NCBI GenBank assembly: GCA_902761265.1
Contig: CACWJV010000044.1
Coordinates: forward strand, 1-30,750
DNA length: 30,750 nucleotides
Direction: 5' to 3'
Source: Oscillospiraceae bacterium
Lineage (GTDB): Bacteria > Bacillota > Clostridia > Oscillospirales > Acutalibacteraceae
The position numbers and the translations under genes are program-made. Below the pieces are notes generated by a model. That model did no database searches and was not told the origin of the DNA. It saw only the letters and a program-made list of their open reading frames with translations. Shown piece after piece: positions 10,351 through 20,725 of the stretch (positions are counted from its first letter, which is position 1; every line of letters begins with the position of its first letter).

Positions 10351-12852
10351 TTATGCTTCGTCCTGGTTTTGGGTTTCCGTTGTTTTCGTTTCCGACATTT
10401 CGTCCTCGTTGGCGATCGGCGCAGCGGAGACAACCGTTTCGCCTTCGGACACACGCATCACACGCACACCCTTAGAGGTGCGTGAATTGATATTGATCTG
10501 GTTAGCCGGGATACGGATCACGATGCCGTCGGAAGAGATCAAAATCACGTCGTCCTTGTCATTGACCAAAGAAACCGAAACGACCTTGCCGTATTTGTCG
10601 GTCTTATAGTTGGTGGAACCCTTGCCGCCGCGGGTCTGGCATCGGTATTCGGAAAGATCCGAACGTCTGCCGTTGCCGGTTTCGCTGACAGTCAGAATAT
10701 AGGAAACGTCCGCCGCATCTTTTTCCAGCGCGCACATACCGACCACTTCGTCGTCCTCGCTCTTAAGCTCAATCGCACGCACGCCGCGGGCCGTTCTGCC
10801 GATGGCGCGGGCGTCCGATTCGTGGAACCGGATGCCGAAGCCGCCGCGGGTGGCAACATAGATATCGTCGTCGCCGGACGTCAGCTTCACCCATGCGAGC
10901 TCGTCCCCCTCGTCGAGATTGATCGCAATGATGCCGCCCTTGCGGATGTTGCGGTATTCGTCGAGCTTGGTGCGTTTGATCACACCTTTGCGTGTAACCA
11001 TGCACAGATAGTATTTGTCTTCGCCGAAGTCGGGCACTTTGATCATGGCGCTGATCTTTTCGCCGGCCTCGAGCGGCAGAAGATTGACCACATTCATACC
11101 CTTGCTCTGGCGGCTGCTTTCGGGAATCTCATAGCCCTTGAGCCTATAGGTGCGGCCGAAATTGGTAAAGAACATAATATAGTCGTGGCTCGAGCAAGAG
11201 AACATCGTTTGCACCACATCCTCTTCGCGCCGGCTCATGCCTTTGACGCCGCGGCCGCCACGTTTTTGGATCGAATATTCGCTCGTCGGCATCCGTTTGA
11301 TATAGCCGAACGTCGTCAGCGTATACATGCACTGTTCTTCGGGGATGAGATCTTCCACATCCACTTCGCCGCTGACGGAGGCGATTTCGGTCAGTCGCTC
11401 GTCGGCAAACTTTTGACGCAGCACCATCGATTCATCTTTTACAATCTCAAGCACCCGCGTTTCAGACGCGAGAATCTCGTTATATTCGGCGATCTTCGCC
11501 CGAATCGCTTTCAGTTCGTCCTCAATCTTGATCCGCTCCAAACCGGTCAACTGACCGAGTCTCATCTTGACAATAGCGTCCGCCTGGATCTCGTCGAGGT
11601 TGAAGCGTTCCATCAACTGCTGCTTGCCCTCGTTTTGGTCCTTGGCTTTGCGCAAAAGAGCGATGATCTCGTCGATATAATCGAGCGCGGTCTTCAAGCC
11701 TTCCAAAATATGCTCGCGCTCCATCGCCTTGCGCAGATCATACCGTGTGCGGCGTTCGATGACCTGCTCCTGGAAATGGATGTACTCTTCGAGAATCTGT
11801 TTGAGGGTGAGAATGCGCGGCACACCGTCCACCAGTGCCAGCATGATGATGCCGTAGGTGATCTGGAGCTGCGTCATGGAATACAGCGAGTTCAGCACGA
11901 CCTGCGGATTCGCGTCCTTTTTCAGATCGATCACAAGGTTCATGCCCTCGCGGTTGGAATAGTCGTTGATATCGGAGATACCTTCAATGCGCTTGTCCTT
12001 GACAAGATCGGCGATCGATTCGATCAGACGGCGCTTGTTGACCTGATAGGGGAGTTCCGACACCACGATCTGGAAGCGGCCGTTTTTCGCTTCCACAATT
12101 TCGGCGCGGGCGCGCACGGTGATCTTAGCGCGGCCGGTGCCATAGGCGGCGCGGATGCCGGCTTTGCCCATGATGATGCCGGCGGTGGGGAAGTCCGGGC
12201 CTTTGATATATTCCATCAGCTCTTCGAGCGAGGCGTCCGGATGGTCGATCAGATAGCACATGCCGTCGATCACTTCACCCATATTATGCGGCGGAATATT
12301 CGTCGCCATACCCACGGCGATACCCGTGGAGCCGTTGACTAGGATGTTGGGAAACCGGGAGGGGAGCACCGTCGGTTCTTTCAGCCGGTCGTCGTAGTTC
12401 GGAATAAAATCGACCGTTTCCTTGTCAATATCGGTGAGCATCTCCATCGAGATTTTGCTCATGCGCGATTCGGTATAACGGTAGGCCGCCGGCGGGTCGC
12501 CGTCGACAGAACCGAAGTTGCCGTGGCCGTCCACCAAAAGATAGCGCGTGGAAAACGTCTGTGCCAAACGCACCATCGCGTCATAAACCGACGCGTCGCC
12601 GTGCGGATGGTAGCGGCCCAAAACGGAACCGACGGTGTCGGCGCATTTCCGGTAGGCCTTATCGGGATACAGACCGTTTTCGTGCATCGTATAGAGGATA
12701 CGGCGATGCACGGGTTTTAATCCGTCGCGCACATCGGGCAGCGCACGCGACGTGATGACCGACATGGAGTAGCTCAAAAACGACGAGCGCATCTCCTTGT
12801 TGAGGTCAATATCTATAATCGTTTGATTTTCGTAATTCGAAGTGTTGTCCAT
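10351..12852 (-). CDS. gyrA: DNA gyrase subunit A
   Basis: [29 protein letters not shown] catalytic Tyr, GyrA-box QKRGGRG; ATG 12852 (or GTG 12861). Confidence 0.98.
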   Translation of the reverse strand: MDNTSNYENQTIIDIDLNKEMRSSFLSYSMSVITSRALPDVRDGLKPVHRRILYTMHENGLYPDKAYRKCADTVGSVLGRYHPHGDASVYDAMVRLAQTFSTRYLLVDGHGNFGSVDGDPPAAYRYTESRMSKISMEMLTDIDKETVDFIPNYDDRLKEPTVLPSRFPNILVNGSTGIAVGMATNIPPHNMGEVIDGMCYLIDHPDASLEELMEYIKGPDFPTAGIIMGKAGIRAAYGTGRAKITVRARAEIVEAKNGRFQIVVSELPYQVNKRRLIESIADLVKDKRIEGISDINDYSNREGMNLVIDLKKDANPQVVLNSLYSMTQLQITYGIIMLALVDGVPRILTLKQILEEYIHFQEQVIERRTRYDLRKAMEREHILEGLKTALDYIDEIIALLRKAKDQNEGKQQLMERFNLDEIQADAIVKMRLGQLTGLERIKIEDELKAIRAKIAEYNEILASETRVLEIVKDESMVLRQKFADERLTEIASVSGEVDVEDLIPEEQCMYTLTTFGYIKRMPTSEYSIQKRGGRGVKGMSRREEDVVQTMFSCSSHDYIMFFTNFGRTYRLKGYEIPESSRQSKGMNVVNLLPLEAGEKISAMIKVPDFGEDKYYLCMVTRKGVIKRTKLDEYRNIRKGGIIAINLDEGDELAWVKLTSGDDDIYVATRGGFGIRFHESDARAIGRTARGVRAIELKSEDDEVVGMCALEKDAADVSYILTVSETGNGRRSDLSEYRCQTRGGKGSTNYKTDKYGKVVSVSLVNDKDDVILISSDGIVIRIPANQININSRTSKGVRVMRVSEGETVVSAAPIANEDEMSETKTTETQNQDEA

Positions 12853-12878
12853 TGTAATCACCTTGCCTTTACCGAGCC

Positions 12879-14891
<2,013 letters not shown>

Positions 14892-14930
14892 TCATCCTCC
14901 GTATCTGTGTAGTTCATCTATCTGAAAATC

Positions 14931-15182
14931 TTAAAATGACTGATTTTTCTGTGTTCTGCCCATCAGCGTCGCCACGGACACGGGCGAGATATAAACGGTT
15001 TGATCCTTTGTCACAATGAAGGATTTCGGCAGATCGTAGGACACATACTTCACGCGTCCGCTTTTTTCCGCCTGTGCCAAAAAATCGCGCGTCGTTTTGC
15101 TGATGGTTGTGTTGTCCATATCGAAAAAGCCGACGATCTCCTGCGTGGTGATCACAGTGTTTTGTCCGAGATGCAAATACAT
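14931..15182 (-). CDS. remB: DUF370 / RemB (YaaB)-family protein, 83 aa
   Basis: MYLHLGQNTVITTQEIVGFFD...PKSFIVT...VYISPVSVATL; canonical recF-gyrB position. The upstream part of the 273-aa listed ORF is a shadow overlapping recF. Confidence 0.85.
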   Translation of the reverse strand: MYLHLGQNTVITTQEIVGFFDMDNTTISKTTRDFLAQAEKSGRVKYVSYDLPKSFIVTKDQTVYISPVSVATLMGRTQKNQSF

Positions 15183-15193
15183 GGCGTTCTTCC

Positions 15194-16285
15194 TTAAATG
15201 ATTCTTCCGTTCTTCATACGGATCGCTTTGCCGTACTGCAGATTCTGCACCGACGCAGGATCGCAGCAGGTGATAAATACCTGCCAGTCGCTGATGTGGT
15301 TGAGAATATAGTTTTGCCGGAAACTGTCCAGCTCGCTCATCACGTCGTCGAGCAGCGCCACAGGCTGTTCGCCGGTGAAGTTGCGGATGACCGCAGCCTC
15401 GCCGAGCTTGAGCGCCAGCGCCGCCGATCGCTGCTGTCCCTGCGAGCCATAGCTGCGGGCGGACAGATCGTTGATTTCGATCAACAGATCGTCCCGGTGC
15501 GGACCGACCGAGGTGCTGCCGGTGACAAGATCGGTCTTGCGTGCGGCACGCAGCAGATCGCGCATGCCCTGACGGATCTCTTCTTTGCTGTTGCCGCCGG
15601 TGCTGCTTGCTTCCTGGTAGGTGATGGCAAGCGTTTCCTTTTTGCCGGAGATGCCGCCGTAAATCTCGGTTGCAAATGTACCCAGCCGGTGGATATACCC
15701 GATCCGCTGGGTGATCAGCTCCGCGGCGTAAAACGCGATCTGTTCCTCCCACACGTCGAGCGTGTCATACAATTCGCTGTGGTACATCAGATCCTTCAGC
15801 AGCATATTGCGCTGCGCGAGCGCTTTGTTATACCCGGAAAGCGCCAGCGCGTATTTCGGTTTGAGCTGGCTGATTGCGGCGTCCAAAAACTTGCGCCGTT
15901 CATACGGCCCGTCCTTGACCAGCGACAGATGCACCGGCGAAAACACAACCGCCAGAAACGAACCCATCACCTTGGCGGGCGACGTGAGCTTGATGCCGTT
16001 TTTGGTAAACCGCCGCGTCTTTTCAATCGACAAAAGCAGGTTTTGGTCGCGGCCTTCGCCGAAGTAATCCAGCGACAGCGCCGCTTTTGCCTCGCCGAAG
16101 CCGACACATTCCGCGTCCTTCGCACCCCGGAAGCTGCGGCAGCCGGTAAACAGCCAGATGCTTTCCAACAGATTTGTTTTTCCCTGCGCGTTGTCGCCCC
16201 AGATCAGGTTGACGCCGTCGCACGGTTCGACCGCGGCAGACGCAATATTGCGGAAATTTTTCAGCTCCAACTGCGTGACTCGCAT
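15194..16285 (-). CDS. recF: DNA replication/repair protein RecF
   Basis: GDNAQGKTNLLE Walker A, GPHRDDL, SQGQQRS, LLDDVMSELD. Confidence 0.97.
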   Translation of the reverse strand: MRVTQLELKNFRNIASAAVEPCDGVNLIWGDNAQGKTNLLESIWLFTGCRSFRGAKDAECVGFGEAKAALSLDYFGEGRDQNLLLSIEKTRRFTKNGIKLTSPAKVMGSFLAVVFSPVHLSLVKDGPYERRKFLDAAISQLKPKYALALSGYNKALAQRNMLLKDLMYHSELYDTLDVWEEQIAFYAAELITQRIGYIHRLGTFATEIYGGISGKKETLAITYQEASSTGGNSKEEIRQGMRDLLRAARKTDLVTGSTSVGPHRDDLLIEINDLSARSYGSQGQQRSAALALKLGEAAVIRNFTGEQPVALLDDVMSELDSFRQNYILNHISDWQVFITCCDPASVQNLQYGKAIRMKNGRII

Positions 16286-16524
16286 GTTACAACCTCATAC
16301 TGCTGTTTCTCAAATTCAAAATAATCGCCGTTGCGCAGCTTTTTGCCGCGCTGGGTACAAACGATACCGTTAACCTTCACAAGGCCGTCCTGAATCACAA
16401 ATTTTGCTTCTCCGCCGGTGGAGACGACGCTCGAAAGCTTGAGCGCGGAATCCAGACGGATATATTCGGTTTTGATTTGCAGCGTCGCGCGTTTTTTCGG
16501 CGCAACTTTGACATGTATTTTCAT
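16261..16524 (-). CDS. yaaA: S4-domain RNA-binding protein YaaA
   Basis: EYIRLDSALK...TGGEAKFVIQDGLVKVNG...RGKKLR; canonical dnaN-recF position. Confidence 0.92.
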   Translation of the reverse strand: MKIHVKVAPKKRATLQIKTEYIRLDSALKLSSVVSTGGEAKFVIQDGLVKVNGIVCTQRGKKLRNGDYFEFEKQQYEVVTCESRSWS

Positions 16525-16550
16525 GATCTGTTACTCTTTTCGGGTTCTGT

Positions 16551-17645
16551 TCAGATTCTGACGGGCAGAACCAAAAACAGGAATGCTTCGCCTTCGACCG
16601 GCAAAATGAGGATCGGCTGATTGGCGCTGTTGAATTCAATCTTGATTTCGTCCGTTTCGCACGCTTTGAGCGCGTCGAGCATAAACTTACTGTTGAAACC
16701 GATCTCAAGATCCTGACCCTGAACGTCGGCTTCCATCTTATCGGTTGCCGTACCGATCGAGGTGATGGACGAAAACTTCATACGGTTTTGACCGACAACG
16801 CAGCGCACAGGGCTGGAACGGTCTGTGATGATCAGCGAGGTGCGCTCCACACATTCGATCACACGGCGGGTCTGCGCATGTACAGTGGTTGCGGCAGACA
16901 GCGGGATCGCCGCTTTGTAATCGATGAAGTTGCCTTCGAGCAGACGGGAGATGATGCGGTAGTCGCCGACTTCAAACAAAATGTGCCGTTTGCCGACGGA
17001 GATGGAATACATCGCCTCGTCGTCTTCGCTGAGCTTGACGATTTCACCGAGCGATTTTGCCGGTACAACAAAGCTGACCGGGTCGCCGCTGTAATCGATT
17101 TCTTCGCGGCGAATCGCGAGTCTTGCGCCGTCTACAGCCACCAACACGATCTTACCTTCGCTGATTTCAAACTTGACGCCGGAGTGCACCGGGTTCCGTT
17201 CGCTGGTGGAAACGGAGAAAATCGTTTTGCGGATCATATCTTTCAAAAGTCCCTGTTGGATCACGATCGGGAAGCCGCCGGAAATGGTAGGCAGATCGGG
17301 ATACTCCTCGGCGGAGGTGCCGATGATGGAATACTCCGTTTCGCCGCTCTTGATCTTGCAGATATTTCTTTCGTCGCTTTCGATGCTGACCGTCTCATCC
17401 GGGAGCATACGCAGAATATCGCAAAAATTCTTTGCATTCAGGATGATGCTGCCGTTTTCCTCCACTTCGGCTTCCAGATAGGTTTCCGTGCCGACCTCCA
17501 GATCGTAGCCGGTCAGGCGGATGGAGTCTCCGAGCGCGTCGATTAAAATACCTTCGATCGCCGGGATGGTGGATTTACTGGAAACGGTCCGCTGCACATT
17601 CATGCACAGCTTTGCAAGCTTTGCGCTGTCGCAAACGATTTTCAT
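16551..17645 (-). CDS. dnaN: DNA polymerase III beta sliding clamp
   Basis: 364 aa; STIPAIEGILI, GYDLE, AVDGARLA, RLLEGNFIDY, IGFNSKFMLDALK, LVLPVRI. Confidence 0.97.
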   Translation of the reverse strand: MKIVCDSAKLAKLCMNVQRTVSSKSTIPAIEGILIDALGDSIRLTGYDLEVGTETYLEAEVEENGSIILNAKNFCDILRMLPDETVSIESDERNICKIKSGETEYSIIGTSAEEYPDLPTISGGFPIVIQQGLLKDMIRKTIFSVSTSERNPVHSGVKFEISEGKIVLVAVDGARLAIRREEIDYSGDPVSFVVPAKSLGEIVKLSEDDEAMYSISVGKRHILFEVGDYRIISRLLEGNFIDYKAAIPLSAATTVHAQTRRVIECVERTSLIITDRSSPVRCVVGQNRMKFSSITSIGTATDKMEADVQGQDLEIGFNSKFMLDALKACETDEIKIEFNSANQPILILPVEGEAFLFLVLPVRI

Positions 17646-17659
17646 GGTTTTTGCCTCCT

Positions 17660-17876
17660 CGCAAGAAAAGTAAGAATAAAGAATGTAGTAGTCTTAGTAG
17701 GGGATGTGAAAACATGGAAAACAGCGATGACGCCGCAGAAACAGGGCGTTTTCTTTTCTCACCGGCCTTTGAAAAAGCATGTGCAGAAATTGCAAAACGG
17801 CAGGCGGCTGTTTGTCAAACATGAAAAATGTGGAATCTTTCCTGTTAAAAGTGAAATAAACTGTGGAAAACTTTGG
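17660..17876. other. oriC unwinding subregion (dnaA-dnaN intergenic): degenerate DnaA boxes, GC spacer, DnaA-trios, AT-rich tract
   Basis: + strand TAG TAG TCT TAG TAG (17686-17700), then GGGA, then box-like TGTGAAAAC (17705-17713); consensus-matching TGTGGAAAA at 17862-17870. Same layout as the B. subtilis basal unwinding system. Confidence 0.82.
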
Positions 17877-19147
17877 TTATTCGTTGATGTTTTTGATGAT
17901 GTCGTCCACGGTCGCTTTCAGCGTCATGTTTGTTGCAAGCTTGTTTTCCATTTCTTTGATCGAATAGATCATGGTGGAATAGTGCTTGTTGGAAAACTCC
18001 GCGCCGATCGCGCTCAAAGACAGGTTGGTCACTTCGTGAATGATATAAATCGCAACCTGCCGCGCCTGGGAGATGTTGGCGGAGCGTTTTTCCGACCGGA
18101 TGTCGGCCGGGCTGACGTTGAAGGTACGCGATACTTCATTGATGATGTTTTCAACGGTGACCGGCGTGGGCGGATTGTCACCCATAATATCGGAGATTGC
18201 GCGTTTCGCAATGGCGATATTCGGCCGGGCGCCTTCTACTTCCTGATAGGCCTTGATCTTTTTTACGGTGCCTTCGAGCTGGCGGATGTTCTTTTTGATG
18301 TTTTCCGCAATAAACGACACCACGTCGTCGCTGAGATCGACGTTGAGCTCTTCGGCTTTTTTCTTAACGATCGCCATACGCGTTTCCAGCGCAGCCGTTC
18401 TTCGAGCGTAAGCATTTCGCGCGGCGGACGGTCGGACGAAAGCACAATCTGTTTGCCGGCGTTTTTGAGCGCCTCAAACGTGTGGAAGAATTCCTCCTGT
18501 GTGGTCTCTTTGTTCGCAATAAACTGGATATCGTCCACCAGCAGCACGTCGCAGCCGCGGTATTTGTCGTGGAAGGTACTGGTGCTGTGTTCCTTTAAAT
18601 GGTGGATCAGCTCGTTGGTAAAGTGTTCGCCGCTGATATAAAGGATCACTTCGTGCGGCCGCTGGCGTTTGATCTCGTGCATGATTGCGGACAGCAGGTG
18701 CGTTTTACCGAGACCGGAGTGGCCGTAGATAAACAGCGGGTTATACGCTTTGCCGGGATTGTTTGCCACATTCAGCGCCGCCGCGTGTGCAAAGCGGTTG
18801 GACGGGCCGATGATGAAGTTTTGGAAGGTATAGGCTGTTTCCTCCTCCGCGGTCGGCGAAGACTGCGGTTCGGCGGAAAAGCCGGTTTTGAGTTGTGACG
18901 AATCGTCCGGTGTTACATAATGCACACGGACGGGAAACCCGAACGCGTCGGCGCAGGCTTCCTCAATCAGCGAGGAAAACTTGTCTTCAATAATTTTGCG
19001 TTTAAAATCACTGATCGACAGCGTGATGGTATCGGACTGGAAGCTGACAAATTCCAAAGGCGAAAGCCAAACGTTATAGGCAACTTCCGTCACGCGGGAA
19101 CGCAGCAGTTCTTTGATTGATTCCCAGATCTCAACAAACGAATCCAT
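17877..19147 (-). CDS. dnaA: Chromosomal replication initiator DnaA, split by a frameshifting deletion at ~18389
   Basis: ATG 19147 with AAGGAGGT RBS; YNPLFIYGHSGLGKTHLL, LLVDDIQF, SDRPP. Frame breaks after LEERLR and resumes LETRMAIVKKKA...ARQVAIY...KHYSTMIYS; about 15 aa (SRFxWGLxxDIxPPD) missing. Confidence 0.95.
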
Positions 19148-19272
19148 GATCGACCTCCTTAATTTTTTCAAAACCGATGTTGCAAGAATGAAAGAAGTAT
19201 ATTATAATAGGTATACTTACATAATTACAAAAATATATAGATAGGCAGAATACTCTAATATAATTACATTAC

Positions 19273-19302
19273 ATTATAACATGTTTCAAAAGAACGTGTC
19301 AA
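19273..19302 (-). promoter_or_regulatory. Sigma-A promoter for dnaA
   Basis: Minus strand TTGACA (19302-19297), 18-nt spacer ending TGT, TATAAT (19278-19273). Confidence 0.75.
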
Positions 19303-19306
19303 GCAT

Positions 19307-19356
19307 TTTTCCACATGTAAAAAACGAATGTGAAAAAAATGAAAGGTTGTGAAAAG
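19307..19356. promoter_or_regulatory. DnaA-box cluster upstream of the dnaA promoter
   Basis: TTTTCCACA 19307-19315 and TGTGAAAAA 19329-19337 match TTWTNCACA; one-mismatch boxes at 19316-19324 and 19348-19356; AT-rich tract 19190-19290. Confidence 0.75.
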
Positions 19357-19357
19357 A

Positions 19358-19984
19358 ATGACAAAAAAACAGCGGGCCGCCCTTTGCGTAGCCGCTTTAA
19401 AAGAGGAATATCCCGACGCGCTGTGTTCGCTGGAATATACCGATCCGCTGCAACTGCTGATTGCCACGCGCCTGTCGGCGCAGTGTACGGACGCGCGGGT
19501 CAACCAGGTCACGCCGGCGCTGTTCGAAGCGTATCCCACACTCGATGCGTTTTGCGACGCAAAGGTGGAGGACGTGGAAGGATATATCCATTCCTGCGGC
19601 TTTTTCCGTGCTAAAGCGCGCGATATTGTCGCTATGGCGCAAAAACTGCGCGATGAATTCGGCGGCGTGGTTCCCGATACGGTAGAGGCGCTGACAACGC
19701 TGCCCGGCGTCGGCAGAAAAACGGCAAACCTGATTGTCGGCGACATCTATCACAAACCGGCGGTTGTGGCTGACACACATCTGATCCGCATCACAAATCT
19801 GCTGGGACTTGTTGCGACAAAGGATCCGAAAAAGGTGGAATTCGAACTGCGCGAGTTGCTCGATCCCGCGGAGAGCAATGATTTTTGCCACCGCTGCGTG
19901 CTGCACGGCAGAGCGGTTTGCATCGCAAGACGGCCGCAGTGTGACGGCTGCTGTATGAAGCCGTATTGCAAAAGCGCGAAATGA
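19358..19984 (+). CDS. nth: Endonuclease III
   Basis: LLIATRLSAQCTDARVN, HhH LPGVGRKTAN, VADTH, Fe-S motif CIARRPQCDGCCMKPYC; start ATG 19358 or GTG 19349. Confidence 0.96.
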   Translation: MTKKQRAALCVAALKEEYPDALCSLEYTDPLQLLIATRLSAQCTDARVNQVTPALFEAYPTLDAFCDAKVEDVEGYIHSCGFFRAKARDIVAMAQKLRDEFGGVVPDTVEALTTLPGVGRKTANLIVGDIYHKPAVVADTHLIRITNLLGLVATKDPKKVEFELRELLDPAESNDFCHRCVLHGRAVCIARRPQCDGCCMKPYCKSAK

Positions 19985-20016
19985 TCGCAAAACAGAAAAA
20001 TTTTTTGAAAAAACTA

Positions 20017-20045
20017 TTGACAAACCAAACACGTTATAATATAAT
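20017..20045 (+). promoter_or_regulatory. Consensus sigma-A promoter of the tRNA operon
   Basis: TTGACA (20017-20022), 17 nt, TATAAT (20040-20045), with an A/T-rich UP-like tract upstream. Confidence 0.88.
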
Positions 20046-20077
20046 AATCGAGCGTTGCGGCAAGCAGTGCTCGTTGT

Positions 20078-20154
20078 GGCGGTATAGCTCAGTTGGCTAG
20101 AGCATTCGGTTCATACCCGGAGTGTCGTAGGTTCAAATCCCACTGCCGCTACCA
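20078..20154 (+). tRNA. tRNA-Met(CAT), elongator type
   Basis: GGCGGTATAGCTCAGTTGGCTAGAGC...TTCGG TTCATAC CCGGA...GGTTCAAATCC...GCCGCT ACCA. Lacks the C1:A72 mismatch and three anticodon-stem G:C pairs of the initiator; resembles the Bacillota elongator Met. Confidence 0.93.
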
Positions 20155-20161
20155 TCTTTTA

Positions 20162-20279
20162 AAATAACGGCTTCGGCTGTTGACATATAACAATAACAGC
20201 TCCGGCTGTTCACATATAGAAAATGACAGCTTCGGCTGTTCCAATATAAAAAACGAGAGCTTCGGCTCTTCACATATAA
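20162..20279 (+). repeat. Four tandem ~30-nt units, each a 6-bp stem with a C(UNCG)G tetraloop and an A/U-rich linker
   Basis: Hairpins at 20166-20181, 20195-20210, 20225-20240, 20255-20270; consensus RACAGC-TTCG-GCTGTT-CACATATA. Confidence 0.93.
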
Positions 20280-20354
20280 GGCCCGGTGGTCAAGCGGTTA
20301 AGACACCGCCCTTTCACGGCGGTAACACGAGTTCGATTCTCGTCCGGGTCACCA
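20280..20354 (+). tRNA. tRNA-Glu(TTC)
   Basis: GGCCCGGTGGTCAAGCGGTTAAGACACCGCC CTTTCAC GGCGGTAACACGAGTTCGATTCTCGTCCGGGTC ACCA. Confidence 0.96.
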
Positions 20355-20441
20355 CGCCCCTGTTGCTTGGCAGGGGCGCACCCTGCAGCTCAGGGCAGGA
20401 AGTTACTTTCTGAGGTTATCGTGTCTTGTTCGACTGAAATG

Positions 20442-20484
20442 AAAAAAGCGCAGGCAGTTCATAGCGAGCTGCCTGCTTTTTTTT
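20442..20484. terminator. Intrinsic terminator, probably bidirectional, ending the tRNA operon and the element's minus-strand operon
   Basis: aaaaaagc-gcaggcagttc-atagc-gagctgcctgc-tttttttt. Confidence 0.8.
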
Positions 20485-20681
20485 ATGCCGTTGCCGGTTT
20501 CGTTTTCGGAACCGGCGTCAGCTTTTCAATTTTGAGAATCTGAAAATGCACGGGCTTTTTCTCTAGTGGCGGAAGATGTTCCATATCAATCTTTCTGCTC
20601 AGCCTTGCATATTCCTGTTTTGTCCATTCTGCTGCGTTCATGTGGATAATTTGTTTGCTGCGATTCCCATTTTTTCTTCAA
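20483..20681 (-). pseudogene. Possible relic of a large serine recombinase N-terminus
   Basis: Strong RBS (GGAGG) before TTG 20681. The sequence aca gga ata tgc aag gct gag cag becomes KTGIYARLSR if 2 nt are restored; no further recognisable homology. Confidence 0.3.
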
Positions 20682-20725
20682 ATCGCGTCCTCCTTTCCTC
20701 ATAGAATCTATTATCTGCATCAAAA

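Noticed and set aside
14931-15752. 273-aa ORF spanning recF and remB
   Set aside because: Only the last 83 codons (from ATG 15182, with RBS) match DUF370; the rest is an alternative frame of recF.
18263-18389. Programmed ribosomal frameshifting as the explanation for the split dnaA, mnmG, lacZ and mod
   Set aside because: Conserved residues are physically missing at each junction, and there are no slippery heptamers; frameshifting cannot restore absent sequence.
20162-20279. CRISPR interpretation of the tandem hairpin repeats
   Set aside because: Linkers are only 13-14 nt and resemble each other instead of being unique spacers, and there are no cas genes in the window.
20180-20413. 77-aa ORF with a 10-aa repeat (SSGCSHIENDSFGCSNIK...)
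   Set aside because: It is the translation of the 30-nt hairpin array, starts at a TTG without an RBS and runs through tRNA-Glu. The substitutions conserve base pairing rather than amino acids.
20355-20500. Search for an att-site duplication of the tRNA-Glu or tRNA-Met 3' end
   Set aside because: No repeat of either tRNA 3' end was found in the window; it could lie beyond 30750.
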